Shown here: in pieces, positions 18,496-28,097 of the stretch | How the letters are laid out: each line of letters starts with the position of its first letter | Position numbering within the stretch: the stretch's first letter is position 1 | Assembly: GCA_001783065.1 (NCBI GenBank) | Contig: MFQN01000003.1 | Span: 15,314-79,313 of the forward strand | Origin: Candidatus Magasanikbacteria bacterium RIFCSPLOWO2_12_FULL_43_12 | GTDB lineage: Bacteria; Patescibacteriota; Patescibacteriia; Magasanikbacterales; UBA922 | DNA length: 64,000 nt | Direction: 5' to 3' | Notes under the pieces: generated by a model | Told to the model about the DNA's origin: nothing | What the model saw: only the letters and a program-made list of their open reading frames with translations | Databases searched by the model: none | Program-made: the position numbers and the translations under genes

Positions 18496-18594
18496 AAACG
18501 AATCAATATTTGACACTTTCGTAAATGTTGTATATCATTAAAGACAATTTCGCAGTTCGTAATTTCGTATCCGGTTCGTAAGTTCGCACATATT

Positions 18595-20898
18595 ATGAAA
18601 ACCCTCGTCATCGTAGAATCCCCCACCAAGGCCAAAACCATCACAAAATTTTTAAATAAGGACTTCGTCGTGGAGTCCTCTTTTGGTCATGTGCGCGATC
18701 TGCCGGCGAGTGAGATGGGCGTGAATACGGAAGATGGGAGTTTTGAACCAAAATACATCGTAGCCAGAAAAAAAGCGCCGACCGTAAAAAAACTGAAAGA
18801 ACTGGCGAAAAAAAGTGATGAGATTATCTTTGCTACTGATGAGGATCGCGAAGGTGAGGCTATTTCTTGGCATTTGGCAAAACTGTTAGGCGTCGAACCG
18901 CAAGATGCCAAACGGATCGCGTTTCACGAAATCACCAAACACGCGATTGACGAAGCATTAAAAAATCCTCGCGCCATTGACCAAAAATTAGTTGACGCCC
19001 AGCAAGCGCGCCGAATTTTAGACAGATTGGTCGGTTATGAACTATCCCCTCTCTTGTGGAAAAAAGTCGCTAAGGGCTTGTCCGCCGGCCGCGTCCAATC
19101 AGTCGCAGTGCGCTTAATTGTGGAGCGCGAACGAGAGATAAAAGCGTTTGTCCCGCAGGAATATTGGAGTGTCATTGGTTTATTCGCTCCTACATCCTAT
19201 GTCCTAAGTCCTATATCTGCAGAACTACACTCAATCAACGGCAAAAAATTAGACAAACTTGATCTCAAAACAAAGGAACAAATTGACAATATCCTCGCGG
19301 ATTTGAAAAACGCGGAATATAAAATTTCTGACATTAAAAAATCAGAACAAAAACGCACCCCGCCTCCGCCGTTCACAACTTCAACCTTGCAACAAGCGTC
19401 AAACCAAAAATTAGGATATTCCGCCAAACAAACTATGCGTCTGGCGCAACAGCTTTATGAGGGTGTGGAATTAGGATCCGATGGTTCGGTAGGTTTAATC
19501 ACTTACATGCGCACTGACGCGGTGAATTTGTCGGAAAAATTTTTGACTGAAGCGCGCGCTTTAATCCGAAAAGACTTCGGCGATAAATACTCTCTGCCAA
19601 AACCCAGATTTTATCAAAACAAATCCAAGGGCGCGCAAGAAGCGCACGAAGCAATTCGCCCAGCTGACGCGAGCCGCACGCCGGAATCAGTCGCGTCGCA
19701 TTTAGACCCGCAACAATTAAAACTTTATACTCTGATTTGGAAACGCGCGGTCGCCACGCAAATGAGCGAGGCGAAATTGGATAAGACAACCGTAGACATC
19801 GTCAATCTGAAGTCCGAAGTCCGAAGTCCGAAGTCCGCTTACACCTTCCGCGCTAATGGTCAAACGGTTGCTTTTGACGGCTGGTTAAAACTTTATCCGG
19901 AAAGCGTAAAAGAAGAAATGCTGCCGGAATTAACAATCAACGAACCGATGGACTGCAAAGAATTAAAGCCGGAGCAACATTTTACCGAACCGCCGGCGCG
20001 TTATTCTGACGCGACTTTGGTTAAAATAATGGAAGAATATGGTATCGGCCGACCTTCCACTTACGCGCCGACGATTGCCACGATTGAAGATCGCGGTTAT
20101 GTGGAACGCGATGAAAATAAAAAATTAAAACCCAGCGATATAGCGTTTGTGGTTAATGATTTGCTGGTGGAACATTTTAAAAACATTGTTGATTACCAAT
20201 TCACCGCGGAAATGGAAGAAACGTTGGATAAAATCGCCGAAGGCGCGGTTGAATGGCGGCCGATGATTAAAAATTTCTATGGCCCTTTCCACGAAAGCAT
20301 TGTCGCTAAATCCTCTGAACTGCAAAAATCCGCCACGGTTGGCATGCATGAACTCGGTCATGATCCAACCACCAATCTGCCAATATTCGTGCGCCTCGGA
20401 CGCTTTGGTCCATACGCGCAATTGGGCGAAGGCGGCGGTGATGACAAACCGCGCTTCGCGCCGTTTAGACCGGGTCAAACATTGGACACCATCACCCTGG
20501 AAGACGCGGTGAAACTTTTCACTTTGCCGCGCGACTTAGGGCTGAGTGAAACCGGAGAAAAAATTACTGTCAGCACCGGACGTTATGGACCGTATGTTAA
20601 ATGCGGAGAAAAATTTTATTCGCTTAAAAACATTGACCCGTTTGAAATAACTTTGGAACAAGCGCTGGTAGTGATTAAAGAAAAAAACGAAGCGGAAGCG
20701 AATAAAATTATCAAAACTTTTCCTGATTCTGAAATCCAAATTCTCCACGGGCGGTACGGACCATACATAACTGACGGCAAAAAAAACGGCCGCATTCCAA
20801 AAGATACCGAACCTTCTAGTCTTGAACTATCACAATGCCAAGAAATTCTGGCCAACGCGAAAGAGAAAAGACCGCGGAGAGGCAAAACTAAAAAATAA
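18595..20898 (+). CDS. topA: DNA topoisomerase I with C-terminal repeats
   Basis: IVESPTKAK, ATDEDREGE, SAGRVQS, LITYMRTD, QEAHEAIRP, GIGRPSTY; GRFGPY repeats. Confidence 0.98.
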   Translation: MKTLVIVESPTKAKTITKFLNKDFVVESSFGHVRDLPASEMGVNTEDGSFEPKYIVARKKAPTVKKLKELAKKSDEIIFATDEDREGEAISWHLAKLLGVEPQDAKRIAFHEITKHAIDEALKNPRAIDQKLVDAQQARRILDRLVGYELSPLLWKKVAKGLSAGRVQSVAVRLIVEREREIKAFVPQEYWSVIGLFAPTSYVLSPISAELHSINGKKLDKLDLKTKEQIDNILADLKNAEYKISDIKKSEQKRTPPPPFTTSTLQQASNQKLGYSAKQTMRLAQQLYEGVELGSDGSVGLITYMRTDAVNLSEKFLTEARALIRKDFGDKYSLPKPRFYQNKSKGAQEAHEAIRPADASRTPESVASHLDPQQLKLYTLIWKRAVATQMSEAKLDKTTVDIVNLKSEVRSPKSAYTFRANGQTVAFDGWLKLYPESVKEEMLPELTINEPMDCKELKPEQHFTEPPARYSDATLVKIMEEYGIGRPSTYAPTIATIEDRGYVERDENKKLKPSDIAFVVNDLLVEHFKNIVDYQFTAEMEETLDKIAEGAVEWRPMIKNFYGPFHESIVAKSSELQKSATVGMHELGHDPTTNLPIFVRLGRFGPYAQLGEGGGDDKPRFAPFRPGQTLDTITLEDAVKLFTLPRDLGLSETGEKITVSTGRYGPYVKCGEKFYSLKNIDPFEITLEQALVVIKEKNEAEANKIIKTFPDSEIQILHGRYGPYITDGKKNGRIPKDTEPSSLELSQCQEILANAKEKRPRRGKTKK

Positions 20899-20901
20899 AC
20901 G

Positions 20902-20930
20902 AAATATCCTCGGTAAAACCGAGGATATTT
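20902..20930. terminator. Hairpin terminator, probably bidirectional
   Basis: aaatatcctcggt-aaa-accgaggatattt directly after the topA stop. Confidence 0.75.
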
Positions 20931-21114
20931 ATAAAGCTGTTTGATGGGAGCAAGCTCCCAATACTGTATCCAAAAGGGCGTGTCTTAGAAATAAACGAGC
21001 CGAAGCCTGCAATACCCTAGAACACACCCTCCATGCTTGTCTGGATACAGATGGTTATCCGTTTTCAAAAACCGGATGATCATCTAAATCCACAATTTTT
21101 GTTTTAACAACGAA
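20931..21114 (-). ncRNA. Candidate structured ncRNA
   Basis: Promoter TTGACA-17-TATAGT at 21121-21149 (minus); nested stems ctgtatcca/tggatacag and agggtgtg/cacgccct; no ORF over ~32 aa. Confidence 0.4.
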
Positions 21115-21218
21115 TGACATACTATATCACACTTTGACTGTTTTGTCAAGCCCCACCTGTGGAAAACCACAATTTCTTGGCTAAAATAACACAAAAACAG
21201 CTGGGTAATATTAAAAAA

Positions 21219-21312
21219 TCCCCTCCCCTTTTAGGGGAGGGTTAGGGTGGGGTCTCTCGTCTTCACTCAACCACAACAACCCCCTCCTCGCCTCCCCCTA
21301 CAAGGGGGAGGG
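21219..21312. repeat. Pair of CCCCTCC...GGAGGG palindromic repeats; the second encodes the VanW-like C-terminus
   Basis: ccctcccct-ttt-aggggaggg and cctccccct-aca-agggggagg; family also at 6782, 7688, 8164, 31620-31812 and 60021. Confidence 0.7.
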
Positions 21313-23239
21313 ATGTGTCAACATTCACCTCATCTGCCTTCTTTTCTTCCACCCCCACCAAACAAATCTTCGGCAAGGCGCGGTAATGGCTTTCAAAAAT
21401 TGTCTCTTCTTTCTTTCGGCCATTGACGAACTCGCGAGTGTAGGTAAAAGAAGCGTCCGCGCCCTTGAACGCGTTCTGACACTCCTTCTCTCCTGGTTTT
21501 AATTTTGTTGTCTCAATTTCTTTCGGCTCACCATAAGGAATCCAACGCTTAACCACTGGTTTGGAATAATATCCCTTCCGGCCATCATTCGTCCCCCACA
21601 GATAAAACCTTAATTCACCGGTGGACGTATCCATTTCCGTTTGAATCAAAACATAATTCGCCGTGTCATTTCGAAAACGGAAATCCGGCTTGGGGTCATA
21701 AAACGTAGCGTCGGTGCCGGGATTCTTATTACTCGGATCATTATAATAACTCACGACTAATGAATGATTACGCCGTTCTACGATTTCCATGCCCGCGTTC
21801 ATCGCCATTCGGAACAGCGTGGTGCCGATCTGACACAACCCGCCGCCGATCTCCGGCTTAATCTCGTCGCCTTTAATCACTTTTTCAGGCAGATACCCGC
21901 CTTCCAAAGTAAAAGGCTGGGTATATTGTATGGCGGAAAAAATTTCTCCGGGTTTTATCAAAATGCCATTCAATTTTTTAACCGCGTTGGCGATATTTTT
22001 AATGCGATTAATCGGACTGCCGGAATAATTTGATATGCCGACGCCTAAAATTTCTTTTATTCCCAAATTATTGACGTCGCCGGTTTTGACATTGGGTTCA
22101 ACTTTTTCCACCACCGCGGCCACGGCAGTGGCCACGCCTTCATCGTGCCGCGTGCGCTCAATCAGCGCCTCGTTGATTGCCAAATAAGTTTTTTCCAAAT
22201 CTAATTTAATTCCGGGACGAGAGCCTTGAAATTCTTCTGTTTTGCCTTCAACACCAATTTTGAATTTAGCGTCTTGCGCTTCAACATTAACGCTCGGTTC
22301 TACTTTTTTGGTTAAAAAATCTACCACTGATTCTCGCTTCAAACCGAAAACAAAACCTTCGTCTGCCGCCTTTTGCGCCTCCACCCAATCGGCAATCTGA
22401 CCCAAACTAATCTGCCAATCATACTTCAAACCAGTATGCGGGTCTTGGTAACTCAAACTGACCGGGCCGTGAGCAAAAACGCTTGACAAACGATTTTCAA
22501 TGCTTTTCACGTCTATTTCAAAAATTTCCGGCTGTCCATTTTTAATGGAAATAGATACTTGTGCCAACTGTAAATTGGACCAAAGCCGATACACCTCGCT
22601 TACAGCGCCGTCATAATCAAAAACAACGCCCGCTTTTGCCGGCAAAATTTCATATTGTAAAGGATCTAATGATTTAATTTTAATTTCCGCGTTACGCGGC
22701 AAAGATTCATAAACGGAAATTTTGTTTTTAATCTTCTCTAATAACCGCGCCTCATCAACGCGCACCGTCTTCAATTCATATCTTGTTTCCCGCAGACCAG
22801 ACAGCAAAGCCGACACTCCCCATGATAGCAAATTGCGATCCTTGCCTATCAGATAATCCGCCTCTTTCTCAACTTCCATCTCTATCACATCCGGCAAAGC
22901 GCTGTCGCCAACCACCTCCGGATAAATCACCGTTGTTTCCTGTCGCCCATCCACTTCGTAACTAAACCACAGACCTTCATTGGCCATCTTGTCATTCATG
23001 TCTGACAAAAAAGCGACGACCTCGTTGCGGTCAAGGCCGGCCAAAGGCGCGTCGCCAATATATACTCCGGGCAAAACTTCACCACGAAAAGATGCTCCGT
23101 AAACAGCCAACGCGGACGCGCCAAGTATTATTATAATCACCGGCAGTCCCAAAACCAATAATAAAAATCTCCGCTTTGATTTCTCTATCGGTTTTTTTTC
23201 TGTTTTTTCTTCCAGAAAGTCCAACGACATATCATTCAT
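21263..23239 (-). CDS. VanW-family protein with peptidoglycan-binding domains
   Basis: N-terminal TM; RIKNI, GGGLCQIGTTLFR, ERRNHS, PGTDAT, DFRFRNDT. Confidence 0.9.
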   Translation of the reverse strand: MNDMSLDFLEEKTEKKPIEKSKRRFLLLVLGLPVIIIILGASALAVYGASFRGEVLPGVYIGDAPLAGLDRNEVVAFLSDMNDKMANEGLWFSYEVDGRQETTVIYPEVVGDSALPDVIEMEVEKEADYLIGKDRNLLSWGVSALLSGLRETRYELKTVRVDEARLLEKIKNKISVYESLPRNAEIKIKSLDPLQYEILPAKAGVVFDYDGAVSEVYRLWSNLQLAQVSISIKNGQPEIFEIDVKSIENRLSSVFAHGPVSLSYQDPHTGLKYDWQISLGQIADWVEAQKAADEGFVFGLKRESVVDFLTKKVEPSVNVEAQDAKFKIGVEGKTEEFQGSRPGIKLDLEKTYLAINEALIERTRHDEGVATAVAAVVEKVEPNVKTGDVNNLGIKEILGVGISNYSGSPINRIKNIANAVKKLNGILIKPGEIFSAIQYTQPFTLEGGYLPEKVIKGDEIKPEIGGGLCQIGTTLFRMAMNAGMEIVERRNHSLVVSYYNDPSNKNPGTDATFYDPKPDFRFRNDTANYVLIQTEMDTSTGELRFYLWGTNDGRKGYYSKPVVKRWIPYGEPKEIETTKLKPGEKECQNAFKGADASFTYTREFVNGRKKEETIFESHYRALPKICLVGVEEKKADEVNVDTSLPLVGGGEEGVVVVE

Positions 23240-23696
23240 CCTCTATCATCACCGGAATTTTTGTGTCAACTCTTTGTTTTAAAAGCCGGATGATTAAAAC
23301 GCCATTGCGGTATTCCGCGCGCGCGGAATCAGGTTTAACATCAACCGGCAAAACAATCGTGCGCGAAAATTTTCCCCAAAAACATTCTTGGTGGAAATAA
23401 TCGGCATCACCGGCTTCAGCCAAAGGCGAAACTCGCTGGCCGCGGATCGTTAACAAATCATTGTGCAAATAAACTTCAATCTTGTCAGTCGCCGCGCCGG
23501 CCATAGTGGAGACGATGATTATTTCTCTTTCGGTTTGAGCGACATCAACTGACAATTGTCCGTCTTGATGCTCTTCATGCCAATTTTCCGGCAACAAAAA
23601 ATCAGACGGCCGCGCGCTGGCCATGGCGTTCTCACCCGCTGTTTTCAAAATCATTTCAAACACCGGATTGGAATATATTTTCTGACCGGTATTCAT
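23232..23696 (-). CDS. Hsp20/alpha-crystallin family protein
   Basis: GQLSVDV, LLTIRGQR, ECFWGKFSRTIVLP, AEYRNGVL. Confidence 0.92.
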   Translation of the reverse strand: MNTGQKIYSNPVFEMILKTAGENAMASARPSDFLLPENWHEEHQDGQLSVDVAQTEREIIIVSTMAGAATDKIEVYLHNDLLTIRGQRVSPLAEAGDADYFHQECFWGKFSRTIVLPVDVKPDSARAEYRNGVLIIRLLKQRVDTKIPVMIEDE

Positions 23697-23787
23697 ACCT
23701 AAGTATTATACCAGATTTCTAAAAAGAAAAATACGCCAAGCGTTTCAAAATCTGTGTAATCTGTATAAATCAGTCTAAATCAATGCT

Positions 23788-24990
23788 CTAAAACCTCTCA
23801 ACATTCTCCTCCACATAATTCCACAACTCCCGCGCGACATTACTTGGTTCGCCGGCCAGCGGCTCGTGATGCAAATCAATGAACGGCGTGCCGTTGCACT
23901 CTATAATCCCCCACTTTTGTCCTTGTGGAGGAATAGTAACATCTTTAATAATAAAATCAAAACCCACCAGCGGATCGTCCACGACTGCGGCCGCTTGTTC
24001 CATTACGTTTTTTATCTCCGGATGTGTTTCTTTGATTACTTCGGCGCGGAAACCGCCGTAACTCACGCCGATTTTTTCCAAAAGGTCAATTATTTCTCCG
24101 CCGGTTGGTACACTATTCAATGCCCAGCCTCTGCGACTCAAAAAACTAAGATGTTGATTATCAATTATAACCTCGCTGACAAGATGATGCCGAGTTTTAT
24201 TTTTAATATCAATAAGTTCCGCGATGGTATGAACGCCGTCGCCGACGACTCGCGGCGGATCTCCCCGCAAAAGACCGGCCAGCTTACCGTTAATTAATGT
24301 CGCGCGATAAACGCTTCCCTCCAAATGTTCCTCCATTATCACCCAATGACACAGTTGTTTGGCAATTTTAAACGCTTGCTTTAATTCTTCTACTGTAAAA
24401 ACATTGGTGGTGGTGTGCCGGCCGCGCGAACCCAGTCGCGGTTTTATGATCACCGGTTTATCAAGCTGACGGAACATCTCCAGTATTTTATCCCAGCGAG
24501 AAAATGAACCTCCGCGCGCGACCGGCAAATCTGCTTGTTGTAATTTTTTCTTCAGCAATTCTTTATCATCCAACCACAGCTCTGAACCGCTGTCAGTCCT
24601 TATCGGCCGCGGCAAGCCGTTAAAATAAATCCGCTTGTTGCGAACCACGGCTTGATACACGTCAACCGAACGTCCGCAGACAATAAAATTTCCCATCAAA
24701 ATACCGCGCCTGATCGCTTCCTGCCAAAACACCTTGCCGCGTTCGCAAACAACGCGCGTGATATTAGCATTCGGTTTAGCAACGCCGAAAAGTTTAAGTA
24801 CATAAATACTGCCGATAAAAAATTTGTGAGCCAATCTTGATAATAACGAATAGACCCAGCCGCGGATAATTATTCTATCCAACGGATTCAAAAATACTTG
24901 CGCGGTTTCCGCGAGCCATGCGGGAAAATGCGGAGTCGGATTGTTCCCGCACGCTTGACAGTTTTTTTTAGACAAACAGGGTTGGCTCAT
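23788..24990 (-). CDS. Cyanophycin-synthetase-like ATP-grasp ligase
   Basis: DDKELLK, PVIIKPRLGSRG, VVGDG, VGFDFI, IIECNGTPFI; start MSQPC. Confidence 0.8.
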   Translation of the reverse strand: MSQPCLSKKNCQACGNNPTPHFPAWLAETAQVFLNPLDRIIIRGWVYSLLSRLAHKFFIGSIYVLKLFGVAKPNANITRVVCERGKVFWQEAIRRGILMGNFIVCGRSVDVYQAVVRNKRIYFNGLPRPIRTDSGSELWLDDKELLKKKLQQADLPVARGGSFSRWDKILEMFRQLDKPVIIKPRLGSRGRHTTTNVFTVEELKQAFKIAKQLCHWVIMEEHLEGSVYRATLINGKLAGLLRGDPPRVVGDGVHTIAELIDIKNKTRHHLVSEVIIDNQHLSFLSRRGWALNSVPTGGEIIDLLEKIGVSYGGFRAEVIKETHPEIKNVMEQAAAVVDDPLVGFDFIIKDVTIPPQGQKWGIIECNGTPFIDLHHEPLAGEPSNVARELWNYVEENVERF

Positions 24991-26392
24991 AGGAAAATTT
25001 TGGCGGCAAAATATTCGTTGCCTTGCCATAAACAATTTTATATAATTCCGGCATCATCTGGTCAACCGCCTCATTAAGGGAGCGCTTTGACGCGGTATCG
25101 CGCAAACGCTCTGCGGTGTCTCCATTCGCGTAAAGGAGAAAATCAAACGGAGTAGCTGGAACATCCCTCCCCTGATTAGACAACGTGCCAAGAACAAATT
25201 CTCCGCAAAAATAATCGGTGCTAATTGAGGACAGCTGATCAATTTCAATCTGGCCGGCGCCAATCGTTTGCCGTAACGAACGATACGCTTCTTTCATGGC
25301 GGTGAGATAACTAACCTGCAAAAACCCGCCGCCGCAGGACAATCCGTAATAAAAACTCAAAACAATAAAAGTCAAGGCCATGCTCGGCATAATTTCTTTT
25401 TTAAGAATCGCTTCGCGAAGCGCGGTTGGCTCAAGCGCGATTCGGTATTCCCCGTCTTCTGATGCCAGTATTAAACCATCGCGAATCAATCGTTTTCTTC
25501 TGCCGTTCTGAATCGCCCAAAATAATATCGTGCCGCGAGCTGATTCTGAAGAAAATGCGCCGGCAATGCCGTCAAAATATTTTTCAAACGCGCGCAACGC
25601 TGATTCGTCGGTGAGTAAACGGAACAACGCGGTGTCGCGTCCCAAGTGATACGCGAGCAAAAGTTCGTTGACGATATTTTCCTGCTCAAGATAAATAAGA
25701 TTGACCGCCGACTGCCCTGGCATTTTCTTCCAAAGACAATAATTTAGATATGTAATCTGCTCCGAATAAGAACGCGCGGAAAATAATCGCGGCTGTAGAC
25801 AGACATCCCGTGTGATTTCCTTTAATCGCTCTTTGAATCCGATGGAAAAATTTTTATTCTTATCAATCTCCTCAACAATCGCGTCCAAGGTTGATTCCTG
25901 ATAACGCGGCAAAGCAAACACCGGATGCTGGCGATAACGCAGGCTGAAAAAATGCAGACATTCTTTTCCCAAATCGTTATTATGGAAAAAAAATCCGCGC
26001 GGAAAAGAAGAATTATTCAAAGATACTCCGCCAACCGAAAAAACAAAGACGCAATTACGGCCGCGCTGTTCGTTTGCCAACGAACGGACAAAATGGCTGT
26101 TGGAAAAAAACGGATGAGTGAGCGGACCATGATGGTCGGTGGTAGAAGCGCGGTAATTCACGCGCAACTGTTTTATCGCGTCGCCGCTAATCGCTGGATT
26201 AATATATTTATCAATTAAATTTTTCAAAACCGTGAAAAACTCTTCTTGCCGGGCTAATGACACCGGCGGCAATAAACTATCTGCCGTCTCTTTAAAAAAA
26301 TCAAGAAGGGATAGATTTCCCTTCTCATTAAGAATACGTCTAAATATTGGCGTGCGCTGTAAAACTTTATCACGCAGGTCTTTAAAAGTCAT
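24968..26392 (-). CDS. Hypothetical protein coupled to the ATP-grasp gene
   Basis: Start MTFKD (ORF-track start overlaps a tRNA); motifs TTDHHGP, NNSSFPRG, GGFLQVSYL. Confidence 0.75.
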   Translation of the reverse strand: MTFKDLRDKVLQRTPIFRRILNEKGNLSLLDFFKETADSLLPPVSLARQEEFFTVLKNLIDKYINPAISGDAIKQLRVNYRASTTDHHGPLTHPFFSNSHFVRSLANEQRGRNCVFVFSVGGVSLNNSSFPRGFFFHNNDLGKECLHFFSLRYRQHPVFALPRYQESTLDAIVEEIDKNKNFSIGFKERLKEITRDVCLQPRLFSARSYSEQITYLNYCLWKKMPGQSAVNLIYLEQENIVNELLLAYHLGRDTALFRLLTDESALRAFEKYFDGIAGAFSSESARGTILFWAIQNGRRKRLIRDGLILASEDGEYRIALEPTALREAILKKEIMPSMALTFIVLSFYYGLSCGGGFLQVSYLTAMKEAYRSLRQTIGAGQIEIDQLSSISTDYFCGEFVLGTLSNQGRDVPATPFDFLLYANGDTAERLRDTASKRSLNEAVDQMMPELYKIVYGKATNILPPKFSYEPTLFV

Positions 26393-26414
26393 AATGCGCC
26401 TGGATGTAAAAAAT

Positions 26415-26504
26415 TGGCGGAGAGACAGGGATTCGAACCCTGGGACCCCTTTCGGGGTCAGCACATTAGCAGTGTGCTGCTTTCAGCCGCTCAGCCATCT
26501 CTCC
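26415..26504 (-). tRNA. tRNA-Ser(GCT)
   Basis: GGAGAGATGGCTGAGCGGCTGAAAGCAGCACACT-GCT-AATGTGCTG, long variable arm, GGTTCGAATCCCTGTCTCTCCGCCA. Confidence 0.94.
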
Positions 26505-26551
26505 GTTGGTCGTTAGTTTATACCAATTTAAACCAAGAGTCAAGACGCTCG

Positions 26552-27256
26552 CTACCCCCTCGCCACGCTAAACCCAATCACTCTTTTAACGCCGGAGGAT
26601 TTCAATACTCGCGCGCATTCTTGCATGGTCGCGCCGGTAGTGAAAACGTCGTCAACTAATAAAACCGCGTTTGCCCGAAAATCGCTATTAACAAACGCGT
26701 GGTGGACATTTAATTGCCGTTCTTCACGAGAAAGCTTGGCTTGCTGTAAAGTATAACGATCTCGCTTTAACAAATCAACCACCGGCCGGCCGATTTTCTG
26801 ACCTAAAATATCTGCCAACAGGCGCGCCTGATTGAATCCTCGTTCCGCAAAACGCCTGCGATGCAGAGGCACCGGAACAATCAAATCTATTTCTGACAAA
26901 ACTCCAAGCTGATGAATTAAAAATCCGTCAATCATTTTCGCGAACACGGCGATAATCTCTTCGGCATAATTATACTTTAGTGCCTTGATTAATTTCCCAA
27001 CCAAGTTCTCTTCTTGATAAACTGCGATCGCCACTGCTCTATCTAAACAAGACTGTGGCTGACAAACAGCGCAACAAGCGCCATTCCCATTCGGCCGATA
27101 ACAAACCGGACAATAAAATACACCGCGCAAATCTATTTTGCCAAAACAATCCGCGCAAACCCATTCTCCCTCCTTATCGCAACCCAGACAAAAAATGGGA
27201 AATAAGCAATCTTTACTTATCTGCAAAATTTTTGAAACAGCAGTCTTTGTCGCCAT
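26552..27256 (-). CDS. comF: ComF family competence protein (zinc ribbon plus PRTase)
   Basis: CxxC pairs, LKY, VPVPLH, RGFNQA, LLVDDVFTTGAT. Confidence 0.93.
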   Translation of the reverse strand: MATKTAVSKILQISKDCLFPIFCLGCDKEGEWVCADCFGKIDLRGVFYCPVCYRPNGNGACCAVCQPQSCLDRAVAIAVYQEENLVGKLIKALKYNYAEEIIAVFAKMIDGFLIHQLGVLSEIDLIVPVPLHRRRFAERGFNQARLLADILGQKIGRPVVDLLKRDRYTLQQAKLSREERQLNVHHAFVNSDFRANAVLLVDDVFTTGATMQECARVLKSSGVKRVIGFSVARG

Positions 27257-27354
27257 ACATACAAAAAGAGGTCGAGCCTCTTTTTAGCAAATATATTCTT
27301 AACAAAAATTAGTATACATTAGTATCATTAGTACTCTATTCGTATATTAGTATT

Positions 27355-27960
27355 TTAATTAGTATCCCAATAAAACCCACCCACCTTCCACTCTCCGCCT
27401 GCATCAACCAAATCAACCGTACCGGACCGATATGCAGTTTCCTGCTTATCAGCGTTGCTTTTAATCTGCTGTGTATCTACTTTGACTGACGCGCTGTTAT
27501 CAGAAATATTTGATAAGCTCGCGGCAATCACTTTCGTTGTTACACCCTGATACTCCGCCGCGGTTTTAATTTTTTGCGTTTCAATCCATTTGCCCATCGG
27601 TGATGTGGCTAAAATCAAAACATCATCAATATGCGTGTTGTCATTCTGGTTTGAAAAAGTGGTAAATCTTTCCACAAATAATCTGGCGATTTGTTTGGCG
27701 TAAATCTCGCGCGACTTTTCCACTGGAACAAAAACCTCCGGCTCTTTCGCGGGCGGTAAAACCGCCCCGCCGCCAGCCGGCGCGGAAGAACCGCCGGGCA
27801 ACGTTGCTGTGGTTTCCGCTGTGGTCTCTCCAGTCAACGGCGCCGCCACTTCTACCGCTTTTTTCTTATTTAAAACAAAATAAAACAGCAGAGTGAAAGC
27901 TAAGATAAAACCTATTCCAAGACTCAAGATAATAAAGATTCTTTTACGAAGGTCTAACAT
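27355..27960 (-). CDS. Membrane-anchored protein of the T4SS-like locus (NTF2/VirB8-like?)
   Basis: One TM helix, Pro/Thr linker, ARLFVERFTTFS and GEWKV ending; co-oriented with the VirB4-like gene. Confidence 0.6.
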   Translation of the reverse strand: MLDLRKRIFIILSLGIGFILAFTLLFYFVLNKKKAVEVAAPLTGETTAETTATLPGGSSAPAGGGAVLPPAKEPEVFVPVEKSREIYAKQIARLFVERFTTFSNQNDNTHIDDVLILATSPMGKWIETQKIKTAAEYQGVTTKVIAASLSNISDNSASVKVDTQQIKSNADKQETAYRSGTVDLVDAGGEWKVGGFYWDTN

Positions 27961-28097
27961 ATACCAATATACTAATTTACTAATTATACAAATGCTATAC
28001 CAATGTACTTTGAAGTTTCTTAATATTAAATACTTTCTTTATCAAGATTAGTATAGCATTAGTATCATTAGTACTCAATTCGTATATTAGTATTTTA

